From NCBI GenBank assembly GCA_964016885.1, contig OZ024743.1, positions 293,198,001 through 293,262,000 of the forward strand: a stretch of 64,000 nt of DNA, given 5' to 3'. Within the stretch, counting starts at the first letter, position 1. Every line of letters starts with the position of its first letter. A program made the position numbers and the translations under genes. The notes under the pieces were generated by a model. That model did no database searches. It saw nothing but the letters and a program-made list of their open reading frames with translations, and was not told the DNA's origin. Below, piece by piece: positions 59,381-64,000 of the stretch. Origin of the DNA: Eledone cirrhosa. Its lineage: Eukaryota.

Positions 59381-59720
59381 TTATATATATAAGCTTGGTT
59401 GTAAAAATGAAACTCAATACATGTGCTGATTATTATTAAGGTCACTGCTATAATATACATACATGCATGCATGATGCACATGTACACATATGTACATGCA
59501 TATATACATTATGTACACAATTCTTGAAACATATATTTATAAATATAGACTAGCCTACTATTGCATATCTGCAAACACGCACACACACACACAAATATTA
59601 GTTTATATATACAATCAAGTACTCTACACACATATATGTACATACACTTACATATGTGCTTAAAATGTGAGTGTACCATATATTCCCTATACACACATAT
59701 CAAAATAAATGTGCACACCT

Positions 59721-59945
59721 CATCATCATCATCACCGTTTTGCATCCGTTCTTCCATGCTAGCATGGGTTAGACGGGTTGTCCTGTTGTGGGCAGTGTCC
59801 GGTCGGCTGACCTGGTCTTGCTCATACAGGAACTGATTCTGGCTTGATTTCTACAGCTGAATGCCCTTCCTAACACCAACCTCATTTACAGTGAGTGCTG
59901 GGTGCTTTTTGCCATCGCACCTCCATGACCATTTTGCAGTGGAAT
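59721..59945 (-). mobile_element. RTE 3'-UTR-related repeat
   Basis: Reverse complement of the 62490-62752 module. Confidence 0.75.
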
Positions 59946-61757
59946 GATAGGGACCCCAGTCCTATCATCTCATTTATACAACTAAGTAAACTGGAGCAAT
60001 GTGAAATAAAGTGTCTTGCTCAAGGAAACAACACATCACCCGGTCCGAGAATTGAAATCACAACCTTTCGATTGCAAGCCCAATGCTCTAACCACTAAGC
60101 CATGTGCTTCCATGCGCATGTTTATCCGTATACACTAATATCTCTCCACGTCCACATATAAGCATCTTTCCATACACATAACCACAATTGAACATGTCTA
60201 CATCAATATATACATACTCACTATACACACTTATACAAATATCCACATGTGTAGATGTTAACACATATTCATACACATACATACACACCACTTTCTACAT
60301 ACACACAAACATCCATGGAAAAACGGACATAAAAGCGATGATGATGATCTCTACACAAATATATACACACTTATCCTTAAAAGCATACTCTCTGTATGCA
60401 CCTATCTATATACAAAACCATACATATAAAATGCTTACTTACATTTACTCACACACACATACACACCCATGTATATACACATACACATGTATATACACAT
60501 ATACACACACACACACCCCTACATCGCTATATACATGCATATAGACTTGCATATGCATTTACACACAAATAATTATACATGAACAAGCACAGCACATATG
60601 TTATGATTTACTTGGCTTTACTGACCTGGAAAGGTTTTGAAGTAGAGAGAGTGTGAGAGTGGGGGGTGAAAAACAGTGATAGTATGTGCATGTTTATGTG
60701 TAAGCATGTGTGTGTTTCAGTCTAATTTTCTTTTTAATCTTTTACTGCTTTCTCTCTTTACAATGTGGCCATGCTGGGGCACAACCTTTAAGCATTTTAG
60801 TTGATTATATCACCCTCCCCATTAATTTTGTCTGGTTCACATTCTCTATTTTATTGAATGGCTAAGTCCAACTCTGGCATGAAGCAGTATTTCCCAAAGA
60901 GCATTCCACAAAATAGTTCTGGGCTTCTGTGAGATAAAGTGCCTTTTAATAAAATGTTTATGTTCTTTTTTTATATGAATAAATGTTGTCTCTCCATAGA
61001 TTTAATTCCTCAATATTTGTTCCAACTCACTGCTCATTGAGTTCAAATCCCACCTAGGTCAACCCAGCCTTTCATCTTTCGAGATCAATATATTACTAGT
61101 CATGGGATGGTAGATTGGTGGAATTGTTAAAGTGTTAGACAGGATCCTTTATAGTATCTGATTCAGCTCAGTGCATTCTAAGTTCAAATATAGCCTCCGC
61201 CTGTTCAGAGTTGCGACTGGCAGATAATATCGGCAATGGAAAGTACAATGGAAATATTGTCTCCCTGGTCCTATCTGAGCTTATCCAACTAGTGCCAGCA
61301 TGGAATGCTAATATAAAATGATGATTAATATTTCATTGAAATAGTGTGTGTGTGTGTGGGGGGGGGGGGGGTATTGTGTGCAGAATATATGTATGAGTTC
61401 TGCTGCTTTTGGAAAATCATAAGGGGCCCCGCGGTGACATAAATTTGAGAACTATTGATGTAATGGAATACATTTCAATACTGAAATACTTAAGAGTATT
61501 TTTGTTTGATGCACCAACTTACACCAATGCACACACACATATGTAGATTGTTTAGGTTGATCCAGTATCCTGTGGTTTCCCCAGCATATTGTTCATTCTT
61601 GTTTTTATCTTGTTTGATGAACCAGATACATTGGGGAAACACCAGAGTAAAAGGCTAAAGGATTAACTGAAATAAACTATTACTCTGCTATGGCATTACT
61701 TTAGATATTATTTGAAAAAAGTCAATGAACAGCATCGTCAGAACATGTAACAGTAAC

Positions 61758-61792
<35 letters not shown>

Positions 61793-61946
61793 GATCTAAC
61801 TCGTGCAATCATCGAAAATAGATGCTAAATGGTGCTGGTGAATGAGGATGAGAGTATAATGCTATGCATAACCACCCACACACACGCATGTATATATGAA
61901 TGTGTGTGTATATATATATGTATATATATATATAGGTATATACATG

Positions 61947-61979
<33 letters not shown>

Positions 61980-61982
61980 GTA

Positions 61983-62060
<78 letters not shown>

Positions 62061-62489
62061 AAAATAATCTCTTTTCTTTTTAAAGTCCCTTTATGGTGAT
62101 GAGAGGCTTCGCTTAGGATTGCAAAAAGTGACACATGCACATACATTCATTCACACACTCATATACATATTCACACTCCTACATCCTGGTGGAAATCCAG
62201 TGAATTTCCATAAATTAACATAAATTATAGCAAGAGAGGACAGGAAGTGATGGTCTACAATTGTCTGTAGTTATTCCTGGTTTTGTAAACTGACTCAGTT
62301 CTCTTCTCCCATGAACATCACCATTAACCCACTGAAGATTATATATATATATATATATATATATTGTGTGTGCGTGTGGACACAAATGAGTGTTTTTCTT
62401 AGCATGCTGCTGGCCTGCCAACCACAGTGAAGCAAAATGGCTGACTGTATATATATATATATATAAACAATATGCCCCCCCCCCCCCAC

Positions 62490-62752
62490 CGCAAGGTGGT
62501 CGTGGAGGTGCCACGGCAAAAAAGCACCCAGCCCACACTGTAAAGTGGACGTGTAGGCGCCACGAAAAAGCACCCAGCACTCACTGTAAATGAGGTTGGT
62601 GTTAGGAAGGGCATCCAGCTGTAGAAATCAAGCCAGATCAGTTCCTGTATGAGCAAGGCATGGTCAGCCGACCAGACACTGCCCACAACAGGACAACCCG
62701 TCTAACCCATGCTAGCGTGGAAGAACGGACGTAAAACGGTGATGATGATGAT
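62490..62752 (+). mobile_element. RTE 3'-UTR-related repeat with (GAT)n tail
   Basis: Tandem AAAAGCACCCAGC..ACTGTAAA units and AACCCATGCTAGCGTGGAAGAACGGACGTAAAACG(GAT)n. Confidence 0.8.
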
Positions 62753-64000
62753 ATATATATATATAGTCACCACAATATCTGTAGTAGTTATTTCTATTAG
62801 GGCAACTATATTTTTTATTTAAGGCCATCTCTCTCCTTCACCCTCTTCCTCAGCAAGCAATATGTAGCTTAACCCCTACTCTCATCACCCCACTCCTATC
62901 ATCATTTTTTCCAGTATGGCCAGGGACATAATGACCTCTCTAGTGCTAAAAAGTGATAGTGCTTGTGCCACAATAAAATGCACCCAGCCCACTGTGTAAA
63001 GAGGTAGTTCTGGTACTATGATAAAAAGCACCTAGTCTCCCTGGTATATACTGTGAAGTGGTGGACATTAGTAAGGGTCTCCAGCTGTAGAAACCATAAA
63101 GGTAAGAAGCTGATATTTCATATTGGACCAAGGAAACTGCCTGTTGGTCTTTCCATTGCTGGTACTATTTCTTAGGTGTAACTCCTGACACAATTGAATA
63201 TATGTTAGTGTTAACATTATCAAAATATATGTAGTAGTGCTGGTGACATGAGAAAAAGCACCTAGCCCACTCTGTAAGGTGGTAGTGTTGATACCACGAC
63301 AAAAATATCATCACTTCCTTTCTGATAATAGGAAGCCTTATAATAGAAACTCTGAACGCACAGAACGAGAAGAGTTAACAAAAGTATCTTGTATTGCACC
63401 ATTTCATTGACCCACAGGCTCCAGAGATATACAGAGGACCCCAGGATGTAGGACTAGGTTGACTACCTCCTTTCACACTCTCCCCTATCATTATGGGATC
63501 TAATTTCCCATATCATGTTGAGAATCAATTCCCTCCACCCTTCACACACACTTACTCATCCTCTCCATCTCACATTATTTCTGGTTCTTTCGCTTCATAG
63601 ATATCATAAATATGTATGCATATTATATATATATATATATATAATGTGTGTGTATTTGCATATACTTGTGTGTATGTATTTTTTAATGTTTTTCTTTGAG
63701 TGTATTCATATATTTGTGTGTAGGGGTTCCAATATTATGCATAGACCTACACACATGAAATACATATATGATATTTATAATTAATAGTGACTGTATTGCT
63801 GGCTTCTCAAACTTTAATATATATATACATAAACATTTAAAGCCAGTATATGTGTGTGTGTGTGTGTATATAGACACACACAAGCAGCACTAATAGAAAG
63901 TGCTGGTTTCATGTATGAAAAAATAAAAATTGGATATTGACTTAGATGTGTATATGTTTGTCTAATTATATATATATATATATATATATCATCATCATCA

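Noticed and set aside
62490-62600. Repeat-spacer-like AAAAGCACCCAGC...ACTGTAAA units (also 50145-50290) as a CRISPR array
   Set aside because: Degenerate tandem units of an RTE-type 3' UTR in eukaryotic DNA; no cas genes

Overview
AT-rich eukaryotic DNA, most likely cephalopod (octopus-like); this is an inference from the repeat content. The only credible host coding sequence is a first coding exon at 2432-2579 (signal peptide, phase-1 GT donor), so the remaining ~61 kb probably lies in one large intron. Nearly all long ORFs in the track are artefacts of (TA)n/(CA)n microsatellites. Recognisable mobile DNA: a 5'-truncated CR1/L2-group LINE, two pieces of a young RTE LINE with a PHD-like finger inside the RT region, a decayed CRE-like element, tRNA-derived and RTE-tail SINE-like repeats, and Tc1/pogo-type and hAT-type MITEs. 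The most unusual signal is a set of short non-coding elements docked in (TA)n arrays that carry hammerhead-ribozyme-like motifs. They include a 476-bp retrozyme-like unit present as 1.34 copies inside an RTE (57461-58098), a ~632-bp tandem-plus-inverted element with a covarying RNA structure (30921-32002, homologue at 38586-38681), and several unrelated fold-back palindrome families resembling Penelope-like pseudo-LTR remnants. All structures were read by eye; no folding or database search was run.
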